Shown in pieces: positions 26,912 through 39,979 of a stretch of 64,000 nucleotides of DNA. The DNA lies in NCBI GenBank assembly GCA_051294375.1, contig CM119265.1, positions 9,930,339 to 9,994,338 on the forward strand. Direction: 5' to 3'. The first letter of the stretch is position 1. Each line of letters starts with the position of its first letter. The translations under genes were made by a program, and so were the position numbers. The notes below the pieces were generated by a model. It made no database searches. It was given only the letters and a program-made list of their open reading frames with translations, and was not told where the DNA came from. Source of the stretch: Paraspadella gotoi (lineage: Eukaryota > Animalia > Chaetognatha).

Positions 26912-27212
26912 AAGATTTGGACTTCTGGTTACTCCAATTGTTCTGAGTCAACTAGATGACCCTAGTCAGTAGTCACAAAGATCTCTGTGACAGAACTACA
27001 GTGAAGCCTCCCTCGTCGGTTGTCCTCTCTCTTTTTATATTGCGAAAAAACGATTATTCTAATAATAAGCAAAGAACAAAAAACTGCTTTTTTTTTGGGG
27101 ACAATCGACGAGGACGACGACTGAGGCTTCACCGTAGTTCGGTGAGAAGGATCTTTGTGACTAAGGTCATCTAAATGACTGATGTCAATTTGAGTCACCA
27201 GAGTCTAAACTT
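26912..27212. mobile_element. ~300-bp foldback element with long imperfect inverted arms
   Basis: TAGATGACCCTAGTC...CACAAAGATC...GAACTACAGTGAAGCCTC is mirrored by GAGGCTTCACCGTAGTTC...GATCTTTGTGACTAAGGTCATCTA. No TSD seen. Confidence 0.78.
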
Positions 27213-28859
27213 TATTCTAAAGATCGAATATGATGACGTGGTTCGATGCTGTATCCTGTCGACGGTTGGTCTCTGCCAAGTCGTGGTGCGCGTGTTGTGG
27301 TCCACGTAAAATTTGGAATCTGGGTGCGTTCCTTCTCGTCGGATTTACTTTCAAAGATCTCCCCATTTCATCTTAATTTCTGAATTAGGTTGAAAGGTTA
27401 GGAATTAAGGTTAGGGATTAGGTTATTGATTATGGTTAGAGATTAAGGTTTAAGGTTAAGGGTTAGGGTTAGAAAGTAGGTTAGGAATCGGATTACAATT
27501 AAAAGAATATAATTAGGTTAAATATTAAGGTTGAAATTTATTTTTTTTCCAAGGCACGTTTTTGAGAAAATTTAATTTAAAAAAAAAAATTTTTGAAGAA
27601 AATTTTTTAATTTTTTAAGGCAAATAATTTAAATTATGTATTCATCCTGATTCATTTTTCTAGACCTTTCAGATGAACCCATTCCCATCATTTTAAAATA
27701 ATTCATTAACGAGATAATCGACTTACAAGTAATATTTTCATATTTTTTATTATTTATTTCATTTATAATCATTTATTCTTATAATACTACAAAAATATTC
27801 AATATAAATTTATTAAAATGTTAAGTGCATTATGTCGAGCTCCTGTTTGTAGGAAGACGGTCGGTAAAATTAAATAGTGTTTAAGGCTTTTTTGTAATTA
27901 AACTAAATAAAGGACAAATGAGAAAAACTAATAAAATAATTTAAATATCTTTACCTTTATAAATAGATTACATCTGTATTTAAAGCATAAGTAAAATTAA
28001 GTATTTTTCTTGATTGTGGTGTATTTTATTTTAAATTATCGTGCGCAGATCGCGACGTTGTTTGCTCAAACTTGTTTTCTTTTTCTTTCTTTTTTTCTTT
28101 CTTTTTTCTTCCAACCTTCGCCTTTGGAAAGGAAGAATTCTCGCGCTTGGAAGGAGGCGACGCTAATGAAACGAAAGGAACCTGAAAAAAATGGAAAGGA
28201 TAAAAGGAAGAAAAAAAGGAAAATACATGGAAAAATGAATATAAATAAAAAAAGATTAACACTTTAAGACGAAAGAGATTTTTTTTTTCTCTTTTCTTTC
28301 TTCTCTCTCTTCTCGTCTCGTCTTCTCTCTCTCGTCATCATCTCTCGTCTCGTCTCTCTCGGTCTGCTCTACGTTCTCCTCTCTGATCTCTCGTCTTCTC
28401 CTCTCTCGATCGTGCAAGGCACAATAGAGAGAAAGATGTATGAGAAGCCGCTTTGCCAATAAATAATCGCCGATGAAAGAGGCAGGTCAAAGAGGACCGA
28501 GAAATATTTTATGAAAAAAATTCTCGTATTCATGCTCTCTTTGCTCTCGTCTCTCTCGTCTCTCTCTTCTCCTCCTCTCTCCTTCATCCTCTCTCGTCTC
28601 TCTCTTGCTTCTCTCTCTCTTCTCTAATATCCTCTCTATTCTACGATCATAATCAACCTGAAAATCTGAATAAATGCCTTCAGACTAAATTACTTTTTTT
28701 TTTCATAACGGATAAAACGGGTAGAAAAAAGTCTGCCATAAAAATTACGTTTTTTTTCTCTAAATGTAAACACAACCTCATCACCCCGGCAAAATCAACA
28801 CCTAACAATTCATGGATCCCGCATGTCCACAGCTTGAGAAAGTCACAAACCCGGATTCA

Positions 28860-31380
28860 CCATACCCCTCCCCCTTACCGAATCACACTGCCTCCGCCCC
28901 AACCCCCACCCATTGCATGCTTCGCGCGATGGTTCGAATCTAATTTTCGAAAGGCGACCCGCTATCGATCAGAGTTAACTTCCAGTTAAAGAGGCCCCTA
29001 ATCCTTATCTTTGTTTATCGCGTTTCGAGGCCAACCTTCGCTTTCTCTTCGTCTCTCTTCCTCCAATAAACTTACCTTTTCTTCAAAAAGCCGTTTGGTC
29101 TCCGACCTCACTCCTGTGTTTTTACTAGTTTTAATTTTAAACAGACGTTCCGTAGTTTATTTTCCTTTCTTTTCGTTGCCTTATTTGTTTGTTTACATAC
29201 AACGACTTTTTATTTTGAAACAGAAATATCGGCTTTAATGTAAGCCTTTATCAGCGCAAATGTAATGTTCCGTAGTTTTAAATTAAATTAGTTTAATTAA
29301 GCACAGCTCTAATCCATTTTTACCATATTTTTTAACCCCTGCAACTTACCCTTTCATTGTAGATCGTAATAATCTTCCCTTATCCGCTTTAATCCAATCA
29401 AGGATCATAGATCCAACAAAAACTCATTTCTCTCTATCCATCAATTCCTCGCCTTCCTTCCACCGAGATTTAACCAACCCTAACCTTCTTCAATCCAATC
29501 ATCCTTACCCTCTCTCTCCTTAATCCAATCACCCTTACCGTCTCTCTCCCATTCAATCCAATCAACCCGGTGAAAGGATCTTTTTCGCTTTCGTTTAACG
29601 TTTTGCGCGGAATTAGATTTTCTTTCCTTCGTTTGCCTCATCAGNNNNNNNNNNNNNNNNNNNNNNNNNGTGCAGCGAGGTTTGGAAAGGCACAAAGTAC
29701 GATGCAGAAATTTTGGTAAATCGGAAAGCTGCGTGATCAAGGAGTAGAGAGAGATGTGGTGGCAGGAAATAGAAATTGCGTGCGAGCGTGGTTGGTGTTT
29801 GCGGGGGTATCGACAGAACGGCTAAATTCCCCAAAAGCGAGAACAGCACAGCCTGAAAAGACCAAGTTTGTAATTTTATATAATGTAGAATACAAGTAGT
29901 TGAAAAAAAAAAGTTAAATTCTGCACGGTTTCGTTGACGTTGAATTTTGTAAATTAAATTGATTAAACTTCTTTAAAACTTATTAGTCCATATTAAAAGT
30001 ATGCGAACAGGCTATTATGAGTAATTTTAAATTGTATATTGTAAACAACGATCTAAAAAGAAGTGACAAAATATTAGTCCTGTGAATACGATGCTCTCGT
30101 TTATTTTTTATCAGAACTAATATCCTTTTGATATATTTCTATATCGATTATAAAAAAAATTATTATTCACGAAAAAAAAGTCTGTCCATTTAAAAATACG
30201 TTTTTTTCACTAAATTTAAATCATTACAACTCTAGCTCCACCTTCCGCACCAAATCAGACGTTGCAAACCGCTCTACAAACTCATCCTTCATTAGGAAGA
30301 GTTAGAGTCCTCCCGTACGTTGGGTTTCCGTTTTTTTTAAACTAAATATTTAGCATCACCCTATTTTAATCTACTTGTCTATTACGGCACCGAGCATGAC
30401 GGACCAAGGATTACGGACAACCCCGGATTATCGACCCCCCCTCCGATCCACTCGCCGCACCTAACCCCCACCCACATCATCCTTCCGTATGAGTTCGAAT
30501 CTAATTTTCGAAAAGGCGACGGGCCGCTAGTACGACTGCGAGAGTTAACTTTCCAGTTAAAGAGGCGCCCTAAATCCCGTATATGCTTTGTTGGGAGTGC
30601 GCGTCTGTCGAGGGCCACACCTTCGGGCTGCCTCTGTACGTGTCTTCTCTCTCCTCAAACAAGATAAGGAGAAACTACCGTTTTCCTTCAAAAAGCCGTT
30701 TGGTCTCCGATCCTCACATCCTGTGGTATCCTCGCTTACTCAGTTGTTAATTCTATAAACAGACGTTTCCGTCTGTTTTTCTCTTTTACGTATTCTCGTT
30801 GCCTTATTTGCTATGTGGTGACTACGAACTCGACGTTCTCTGTATTCTGATTCACAGACATCGTCTCATCTCGCTGTCTTATCTGTAAGCCCTTTATCCA
30901 GCGCAATCGGTTCAATACCGCAATCGTTAGCGTTATCACTCAATACTCTGCATAATCTAGTTATTAGTTAAGCACAGCTCTGTAAATCACTTTATTTTAC
31001 ACATATCTTTATCCCCTGCAACTTACCCTTTATCATTGGTCTAAGATGCGTAATTATCGTTCCTTATCCGCGCTTTAATGCCAATCAAGGATCATAGATC
31101 CAACAAAAACATCTCTTCTTTTCTATTCTATTTCACCGGTAGTACATCAATTCCTGCGCCTGTTCCTTGCACAGCGAGATTTAGCCAAGACCCTTAACCT
31201 TGCTTCAATCCAATCATTCCTTACCCTCTCTCTCCTTAATCAATGCACCTCTTAGCCGTCTCCTGCTCCCATTCAATCCAATTCAAACCCGGTGCAAAGG
31301 ATGCTTCTTTCGGCTTTCGTTTAACGGTTTTGCGCGCGCAATTAGATTTTCTTTCCTTCGTTTGCCTATCAGCGAGAGGG
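28860..31380. repeat. Direct duplication 28860-29644 / ~30410-31380; second copy rich in single-base insertions
   Basis: Shared anchors such as AGAGTTAACTT, CAAAAAGCCGTTTGGTCTCCGA and CAAGGATCATAGATCCAACAAAAAC. The first copy ends at a 25-N gap. Confidence 0.85.
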
Positions 31381-31764
31381 TCGCAAATGCAGACGAGTTA
31401 TCCTCTACTCTTTCTCTGCTCTCTCTTCTTCTCTCCTTCACTCTCTCTCTATCGTCTCTCTCTCCTTCGCGGTACTCTCTTTTCTCCCTGAAACGTCAAA
31501 GACTGTCACCACGATCCGGCAAGGAACGGTAATTGGTTTTTCTTTGGTGTTAACGAAGGTAGATCACTTCTTCCTGTTCTCATTCCTCATGTTTCTCTGT
31601 GTTCTATTTTCTCTCGCCTTCTTTCTGGTGCTAGAGTTTGAGACGGCATCTCCGTTTCTATCTTGCCTCCACTATTTCTCGTTCCTGACGCCTTTCTATC
31701 CTTTCTTCTCCTACCTAGAACTTCGTTCGTCCTCATTTGTTCATTTCGGGACGCTCGTCTCTCG

Positions 31765-31795
<31 letters not shown>

Positions 31796-32624
31796 CTCTT
31801 CCTACTTCTCTCTCTGTAGATCTGACGGAGTGCTCTCGTCCTCTCTCCACTCCCGCGTGGGAGACGGGCTGGAAGAGACGGCCGTTGAGAGAGGCGCGGA
31901 CGCGAGAAGATGGAGGATAGTAGAGATAGAGAAGAGAAGGAGAGAACGCCTAAAAAAGAACGAAAAAGGAAAAGATACAAACTGTGACGTTTTGACGCGT
32001 GACGAGTGACGCTCGGCGTTTTTCCCCGTGACGTCAAGTGAACTGTCACAATCTGAGATGTTGTGATGATACGACGACGACGCGATGACGTGAAGACGGA
32101 GACGATGTTTTGAAGGAGTCGGCGTCAGGCGGCGCCTGTTTTGCTTCTTAGACGAAAGATGTCGCGGTCGATGACGTCTTCTTTCTTGTCGTCGTCGTCG
32201 TCGTCGTCCTCGTCGTCCTCTTAGTTATCGTCGCTATCGCTATCGCTGTCGTCGTAATAACTAAGAGTTAAATATTGCTAATTTTAAAGTTTAAACGGAA
32301 ACCAGGTACTCTGGGAGTTGATTAACTCTTCTATGAGGGAGTCTTGAGAGCTTGCAACGTCTTGCAGTGCTATTAAATAAATAAATAATTTGGTAATAAT
32401 TTTAACAATTTCATTTAAAAATAAACGTACGTACGTGCAATTTAACTTTTTTTAGATCGTTGTACAATATACAATTTAAAATTAACTCATAATAGCCTGT
32501 CCATAACTTGTTAATTAAATGAATAAATAAGTTTTAAAGAAGTTTTAACAATTTAATTTAAAAATCAACGTACGAACATGCAATTTAACTTTTTTTCAAC
32601 TACTTGTATAATATACAAATTAAA

Positions 32625-33145
32625 ATTACAACTGGTCTTGCTTGCTGTCTCGGCTTTGGCAATTCTACCCTTCCTTCGCAAACTAGCGTGACATCTATTT
32701 GCCATCTCCTCCTTAACTCCTTATCATCCACTCTTCCGATTTACCATAAAATTTCTGCCATCGTCTTGCCTTTCCAACCTCCTGCCATAGAGCTAGCCAT
32801 TTCAACGTCCCCCTCATCGCCATCTCCCCCCCACAAATCCCAGCCAATCGCTACTTCCCCCGCCCCCTTAAAACATCGTCATTTCCCATTTCATGTCCTC
32901 CATCGACGACGCCATCTTTCGTCTCTGGTTTTCGAGTCTCGTTTCTTTCAGTCTCTTCGGAGGTTCGAATCCCACCGCTGCCACCACATTTAAGTAAGTA
33001 GACAGGGATTTCAACATGAAACCAAAGTGGATTTTATTCTGAGATAAGACAAGCAAAGACGGTGTCAGAATTTGAGGCAGAATGAATCAGTACAGAAATA
33101 GCAAGTATTTATAGATTTAAATACAGAGCAATCGGATCATCGACA
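32625..33145 (-). mobile_element. 5' end of an LTR retrotransposon: ~160-bp LTR, tRNA-Leu PBS and decayed start of the internal region
   Basis: Minus strand: TGT start at 33145, TATAAATA and AATAAA inside, then TGGTGGCAGCGGTGGGAT (from 32986), complementary to the CCA 3' end of tRNA-Leu(AAG/TAG). It is followed by a stop-interrupted frame starting MASSMEDMKWE. No second LTR found. Confidence 0.75.
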
Positions 33146-33434
33146 CGGGCTGGTTTTCCCGATGGCTTGAAGCCCATCTTGTGATTGGTCGATTCAATGA
33201 GAGAGTAGAATCCGGATTCCGGCGGATTCTATCCGAGTCGCGGATCCGATTCCATTTTTGGTTCTCATTCCATCTGTAATTCGCCGATTAATGATTTTTT
33301 TCCCGCGAAAAAAAAGGGGAAAAAAGAAGAAAAAAGAAAAAAAAAGAAAAAGAGAAAAAGGAAAAAAAAGGCTCGAATCGATAAATGATTTTTCGGCGTC
33401 GGAAATGCTCCCATCAATTATCCGCGAGTCTCTC

Positions 33435-36400
33435 TCTCTCTCTCTCTCTGTTCAGGATGTTTCAACCGTTTAGTCTCGGTCAACAACATCGTCGACGTCA
33501 TCGTAGACGTTGTCCTCGACTTCCTAATCATCATCATAGTCAGCGTCGTCGTCATCGTCGTTGCTTACGTCGTTCTCGTTGTCGTCGTCATCGTCGTCAT
33601 CCTCGTTGTAGCTTGCGTCTTGTCATCATTGTTCTCGCGGTCATCGTTCTTGTTTTTGTTTTTGTCGTCGTCATCTTCCTCGTCATCATCGTCATCGTCG
33701 CAAACTCGTTTTAATCGATCTCGATCGTCGTCGTCGTCGTCGTCATCGTCATCGTCGTCGGTTTTTGTTTTTAAATTTTGCAACGCGGTCGACGCCGATC
33801 AAAACGACGTTGATTCGCGTTTACTCACATTTTCTCTCTCTCTCTCTCTCCTTCTCTTTCTCTCTCAAGTTCTTAGGGTGTACCATTGATGACAGACTAC
33901 TGTGAGAGAGAGAGAAAATGTGAGTAAACGCGAATCAACGTCGTTTTGATCGGCGTCGACCGCGTCGCGAAATTTAAAAACAAAAACCGACGACGACGAC
34001 AAGGACGACGACTACGACGATCGAAGATCGAATAAAACGAGTTTGCGACGATGACGACGATGACCAGGAAGTTGACGACGACAAAAACAACAACAAGAAC
34101 GATGACCGCGAGAACAATGATGACTATTACCAATCGGTTGACAAGACGCAAGCTACAACGAGGAATGACGACGATGACGACGACAACGAGAACGACGAAA
34201 GCAACGACGATGACGACGACGCTGACTATGATGATGATTAGGAAGTCGAGGACAACGTCTACGATGACGTCAACGATGTTGTTGACCGAGACTAAACGGT
34301 TGAAACATCCTGAACAGAGAGAGAAGAGAGAAAATGTGAGTAAACGCGAATCAACGTCGTTTTGATCGGCGTCGACCGCGTCGCGAAATTTAAAAACAAA
34401 AACCGATGACGACGACGACGACGACGATCGAGATCGATTAAAACGAGTTTGCGACGATGATGATGATGACGAGGAAGATGACGACGACAAAAACAAAAAC
34501 AAAGAACGATGACCGCGAGAACAATGATGACAAGACGCAAGCTACAATGAGGATGACGATGATGACGACGACGAGAACGACGAAAGCAACGACGATGACA
34601 ACGACGCTGACTATGATGATGATTAGGAAGTCGAGGACAACGTCTACGATGACGTCGACGATGTTGTTGACCGAGACTAAACGGTTGAAACATCCTGAAC
34701 AGAGAGAGAGAGAGAGAGAGAAAGAGAGATAGATAGATAGATAATTGTACATGGACCTAGGTACCTTCTGGCAAAGAAGGACCTATAAGGTAACAGTGGG
34801 TCTGTTCATTTAAATTTCATTAAAAGGTTTTACAGTTAAAAAGTCTACCAATCAATTATCTGCTAAAGGTCGATACTAATCATAAGTTAGTACTCAATTA
34901 CAAAAAAAGGAATTGTCGCCTTATAACCTACGAGCTACGCAAAAATGATTCATATTAAAATAACACATGAGACATTTTAGTGACTGGAACATTGTCATCG
35001 TCTAGGATTGTGTCCAGGATTGATGGATGATGATGTGGGTTTCTTTCCCTTATTTGGCGACGTAATCCCCGAAAACTTCTGTGTGTTTGACAATGTTGAA
35101 AATTCGGTTTTTGGCTCTTTTTTTTAAGGGTTTCTGAAAGCTTATTTCGGCCAATGGCGTCCAGTACAGCCACGCTTTTCTGTTTGTTTGAGGAATTTGA
35201 AGAAACTTTTTAACAGCCTTCATGAACATGGCATCTATCTTTTGCAATGAACTCCACTCATGGCAAAGGTATGCTGGAGCAGAGTATGCTAGGTTAGACA
35301 CTATAAGGCTATCAAATAGGCGCAGGACTTCTGAAAAAGTCATCCCCTTGGCAAATCATTACAAGCTTGTTTAATCGCGAATATATTTTTGTTGGCTCTT
35401 GGTTAATAGTTTATTGATATGGTTTGACCNNNNNNNNNNNNNNNNNNNNNNNNNCGTCATCGTCGTCATCCTCGTTGTAGCTTGCGTCTTGTCACCCGAT
35501 TGCATAATAGTCATCATTGTTCTCGCGGTCATCGTTCTTGTTGTTGTTTTTGTCGTCGTCAACTTCCTGGTCATCGTCGTCATCGTCGCAAACTCGTTTT
35601 ATTCGATCTCGATCGTCGTAGTNNNNNNNNNNGTCGTCGTCGTCGGTTTTTGTTTTTAAATTTCGCGACGCGGTCGACGCCGATCAAAACGACGTTGATT
35701 CGCGTTTNNNNNNNNNNNNNNNNNNNNNNNNNGGGAGATTTGAATAGCTTGAAATAGTGTTACTAGCATAACTCGCTCAGCTACTTGCTGGTGGAGTTTA
35801 TTGCAAAAAGATAGATGCCTGTTCATAGAAGGCTGTTAAAAAGTTCCTTCAAATTCCTCAACAAAACATAAAGCGTGGCTTGTACCTGAACGCTCATTGG
35901 CCGAAATACTTGTCAGAAACCCTAAAGAAAGACAACCGATAATTTTGGCTTGGTCAAACACACAGAAGTTTCGGGATTACGGTCGCCAAAATAAAGGCGA
36001 AAGAAACCATCATCTATCATCCATTGCATGGTTCCGGACAGACTGACAATAAGTTCCAGTCACTAATTCTTCATGTGTTATTTTAATATGATACATTTTG
36101 CGTAGCCGTTTATGTATATGGTCGACAATTCTTGTTCTTGTTTATATGGTAACTATTAGTGATAGTGATCACTTTTAGCAGAATATTGATTGGTAAGACT
36201 TTTTTAACTGTAGAATACTTTTTTAATGAAATTTAAATGATAACTGGACTCCTATGTTAACTATATGGTCTTCTTGCAGAAGGTACCTAAGGTCCATGTA
36301 CAATTTATCTTATCTATCTATCTCGTTTCTTCTATCTCTCTCTCCTCTCCTGTTCAGTATGTTTCAACCGTTTAGTTCTCGGTCAACAACATCGTCGACG

Positions 36401-37135
36401 TCATCGTAGACGTTGTCCTCGACTTCCTAATCATCATCAATAGTCAGCGTCGTCGTCGTCGTTGCTTTCATCGTTCTCGGTTGTCGTCATCACGTCAATC
36501 CTCATGTGTAGCTTGCGTCTTGTATCATTGTTTGCTCGTGGTCATCGTTCTTGTTTTTGTGTTTTGTCGTCGTCATCTTCCTCGTCATCATCGTCATCGT
36601 CGCAAACCTCGTTTAATCGATTCGATCGTCTCGTCGTCGTCGTCGTCGTCATCGGTTTTTGTTTTTAAATTTCACATTTCTCTCTCTCTCTCTCTCTCTC
36701 TCTGCTTGTCAGGATGTTTCTAATCCGTTTAGTCTTGGTCAACAACATCGTTCGACGTAATCGTAGACGTTGTCGCTCGATTCCTATACATCTCATCATA
36801 GTCGTCGTCGTCGTCATCGTCGTTGCTTCTCGGTTGTTCTTCGTGTGTCGTCGTCATCAATCGTCACCTCGTTGTAGCTTGCGTTTGTCATCCGATTGCG
36901 TAATAGTCACATGTTCTCGCGGTCACGTTCTTGTTGTTGTTTTTGTCGTCGTCAAACTTTCCTGGTCACGTCATCATCGTCGCAAAACTCGTTTTATTCG
37001 ATCTCGATCGTCGTAGTCGTCGTCGTCGTCCTTGGTCGTATCGTCGTCGGTTTTTGTTTTAAATTTCGCGACGCAGGTCCGACGCGGGCGATCAAAACGA
37101 CGTTGAATTCGCGTTTACTCACATTTTCCTCATCT
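33435..37135. repeat. Array of a ~400-bp (TCG)-rich unit in both orientations, forming nested inverted repeats
   Basis: The unit marked by TGTTCAGGATGTTTCAACCGTTTAGTCTCGG...GATTCGCGTTTACTCACATTTT occurs at ~33435(+), 33900(-), 34325(-), 35455(+, partial), 36340(+) and 36700(+). Confidence 0.88.
34726..35429 (-). mobile_element. 3' remnant of a non-LTR retrotransposon (CR1/L2-group-like RT C-terminus) with (ATCT)n tail
   Basis: HINKLLTKS...VLRLFDSLIVSNLAYSAPAY...LQKIDAMFMKAVKKFLQIP resembles the LINE post-RT (thumb) region. A 3' UTR and tandem tail follow. A noisy inverted copy lies at ~35733-36325. Confidence 0.72.
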
Positions 37136-37521
37136 CTCTCTCGCTTTCTCTTCGCCTCTTTCGCATCTCTCTCTCTCGTCTCTGTCTATGCTCCTCCTCT
37201 CTTTAGTTCCCCCCGTCGCCGTTTTCGATTCGTGGCGGCGCTGTCATCGGCCGCTATCGTTTCGTCTCGTTGCTCCGTTGCCGCTTTAATTACTTCGCCT
37301 TCATTCACGGAGTCGGCCTCGGTCGAGCGGGGAGAGGGGAGAGGAGGAAGAGGGGACAGGGGGGAGGAGGAGAAGAAGGGGAGTGGAGGAAGAGGGGAGG
37401 GGGGAAGGGGGAGGAGAGAGGGGAGGATGAGGGGAAGGAAAAGAAAGAAAAGAAAAAAGGTAGGGAAGGAAATTGGGAGAGAAAAGAGAGGAAAAAGAAA
37501 GAAAAGAAATGGGAAGAGAGG

Positions 37522-37558
<37 letters not shown>

Positions 37559-38009
37559 TAAAAATAAAAAATTAACTTTTTTCTGTATCGCGAAATGCCA
37601 CGAGGGAAAAAAGTATAGACGCAAGTTCCAATGCAATTGTCAACGACATAAAAAAAAATGAATAGAAAAGAAAAACGATTTAAAAAGTTAATCTTTTTTT
37701 ATAAACTTAATCTATCTTTGCAAAGTTAATCTTTCTTTTATAAAGTTAATCTTTCTTTAATTTTTTTCCCTATTCATCGATCAACGTCCTCACTTCAATT
37801 TCAGGTAAGTTTTTTGTTATCATAAATTATTCTCCGTGTGGTATTTTTGACTAAATGAAAACTTAATTAAATTTTATAAAAAAACATTCTCGTTTTGACA
37901 TTTTTATTTTGGTGAAACAAACAAAAAAACCCCAAAAATATATCTCTATATCTTTCTGTCTACTCTCTCGACTGTTTCTGTTTCTCCCATTTTTACTCTC
38001 TCTATCTCT

Positions 38010-38074
<65 letters not shown>

Positions 38075-38884
38075 CTCTCTCTTCACTCTGTCCCTCGCTT
38101 TACCCTCTCCCTCTCTCTCGCTCGCGCGCTTCTTCGTCCTCTTCGAAATTCAATGAAGCAAAATTGATGAGGCAACAATGCAGTTTTCTTTTTTCCCTCC
38201 TCTTCTTTTCACTGACCTGCTCCTCCTTCTCTTCCTCCTCCTCCTCCTCCTACTCCTCATTTTCTCGATTCTTTCCCGTCTTTTTCCGTCTTTTCATTTC
38301 TCTTCTTTTCTTTCTTTCCTTCCCTTTTTTTTTCTCTCTCTCTTTTTTTCTCCTGCTCTTGGAAATATTCCATTCATCATATCCTCCTTTTATTCTTCTT
38401 CTTCTTTTTATTTCTTTTCTTATTCTCTTTTCGTTCGTCGTTGTTTCCATGGCAACTTCCGGGCCTTTTTTTTTTCCTTCTCGGTCTATCGCTGTATTGC
38501 TCTCTGTACGTCTCCTGTCTATTTATCGATTAATCTCTCTCTTTCCCTTTTTACTCTTTAGCCAAATAAAAGGGAGAAATATACACCAAGACACCAGAGA
38601 CAAGCGCAGAGAAATCCAACTGAACCATGGCAAACGTTAAACTAATGCGAGCAAAGTGTGCTTCTTTCTTTATACTTTTTGCTTTCTTTCTCTCTTTTAT
38701 TTTTTCGCTTTTATTTCTTTCCTTCTATTTTTTTTTTCATCCTTTCTGTTTTTACTTTCTTTGTTTTATTCATGGACCTCTTTTTTCTCTTTCTATTTGT
38801 TTGTTTGTCTTTCTATCTTTCTTTCTTTATTACTTCATTTCTATCTTTCTTTTATCTTTCTTTCTTTCTTTTTTTCTTTCTTCA

Positions 38885-38924
<40 letters not shown>

Positions 38925-38944
38925 CTTTTGATCTTATTCTTTCA

Positions 38945-38992
<48 letters not shown>

Positions 38993-39388
38993 CTCTTTCT
39001 TTCTTTCTCTCTTTCTTTCTTTCTCTTGTCTTTCATCGTCTTTTGTTTCTTCCCTCCCTCCGTCTCTAAAAAAAGAAAACCCTCCTCCGGACGCCTGGTG
39101 GTAAACAAAGGAAGTTTACATTTTCCCTTTGGTGACAAAAAACGAACAAAAGGGCAATTTGTTGCTCAGATTCGTCGTTGCGATAAGTTATGAGGGATCT
39201 CTGAGTTTTTTTGCTCTTTTTTTTTCCTTCGTTTTGTCCGAAGGATGGACATTGGACCACGGGTGTGGTTCAAAATGGCGTCGGTCTAACGCTGAAAACA
39301 AACATTTTAAAGATAGAGAATCTTTTTCTTGACATTTAACGTATTTTTTTTAGGAAACTGGGGGGGAACTTTAGGTATCAGTGAACAT

Positions 39389-39979
39389 TAGGCCGTAGTG
39401 AAAGTTTAAATACGAATATTACTGAAAACGTCAATTATGACAAACATACCATCAAACATTAATTGTAAACAAAAATAATTTTTCGATAGTTTAATTTCGA
39501 GGCCATATCTTATATTTATAAATATCCTTATAAAATGAAAAATTTCAAAATAGGCTTTCTTATTTTGATTGCCAGATTTGAATCCTCGTCAAAAGTTGAT
39601 AAAAGAAAAATAAATCATTTTAAAAATTCTTCATTAAGTGGGTTAAAAATAAAAAAAACTATATTTAATATATAAAAAGTTAATTTCAGCTTAAAATATA
39701 GCTTTTTTCTAATTTTTGACCCCACTTAAGAAGGAATTTTCAAAAAAGAGTTATATTCTTTTATCAACTTTTATAAACGAATCCAAATTGCCAAAAATCT
39801 TAGAAAAAACTGTTTGAAATTTTAACATTTATTGGTTATACTAGTAAAATATGCGCTACTGCGTAATTGTGAAAATTTATATAAATTTTTATTACATAAA
39901 TGTTCATTAGTATAATGTTGTCGTTCCTCACTTTTAGAATTTTAATTAAAGTTAAATTGAGAAATTTTACTACGCCTTA
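39389..39979 (+). mobile_element. Non-autonomous hAT-like element (family A), copy 3
   Basis: Ends TAGGCCGTAGTGAAA...TTTTACTACGCCTTA. Perfect 8-bp TSD GTGAACAT (39381-39388, 39980-39987). Confidence 0.87.

Noticed and set aside
27400-27490. Interstitial telomere (TTAGGG-like; also 18570-18670 and 62325-62390)
   Set aside because: Short and degenerate, and in one case clearly inside a MITE.
32949-32986. tRNA-Leu gene
   Set aside because: Only the 3' half is present, with encoded CCA and a deletion, next to an LTR-like sequence; better explained as a PBS.
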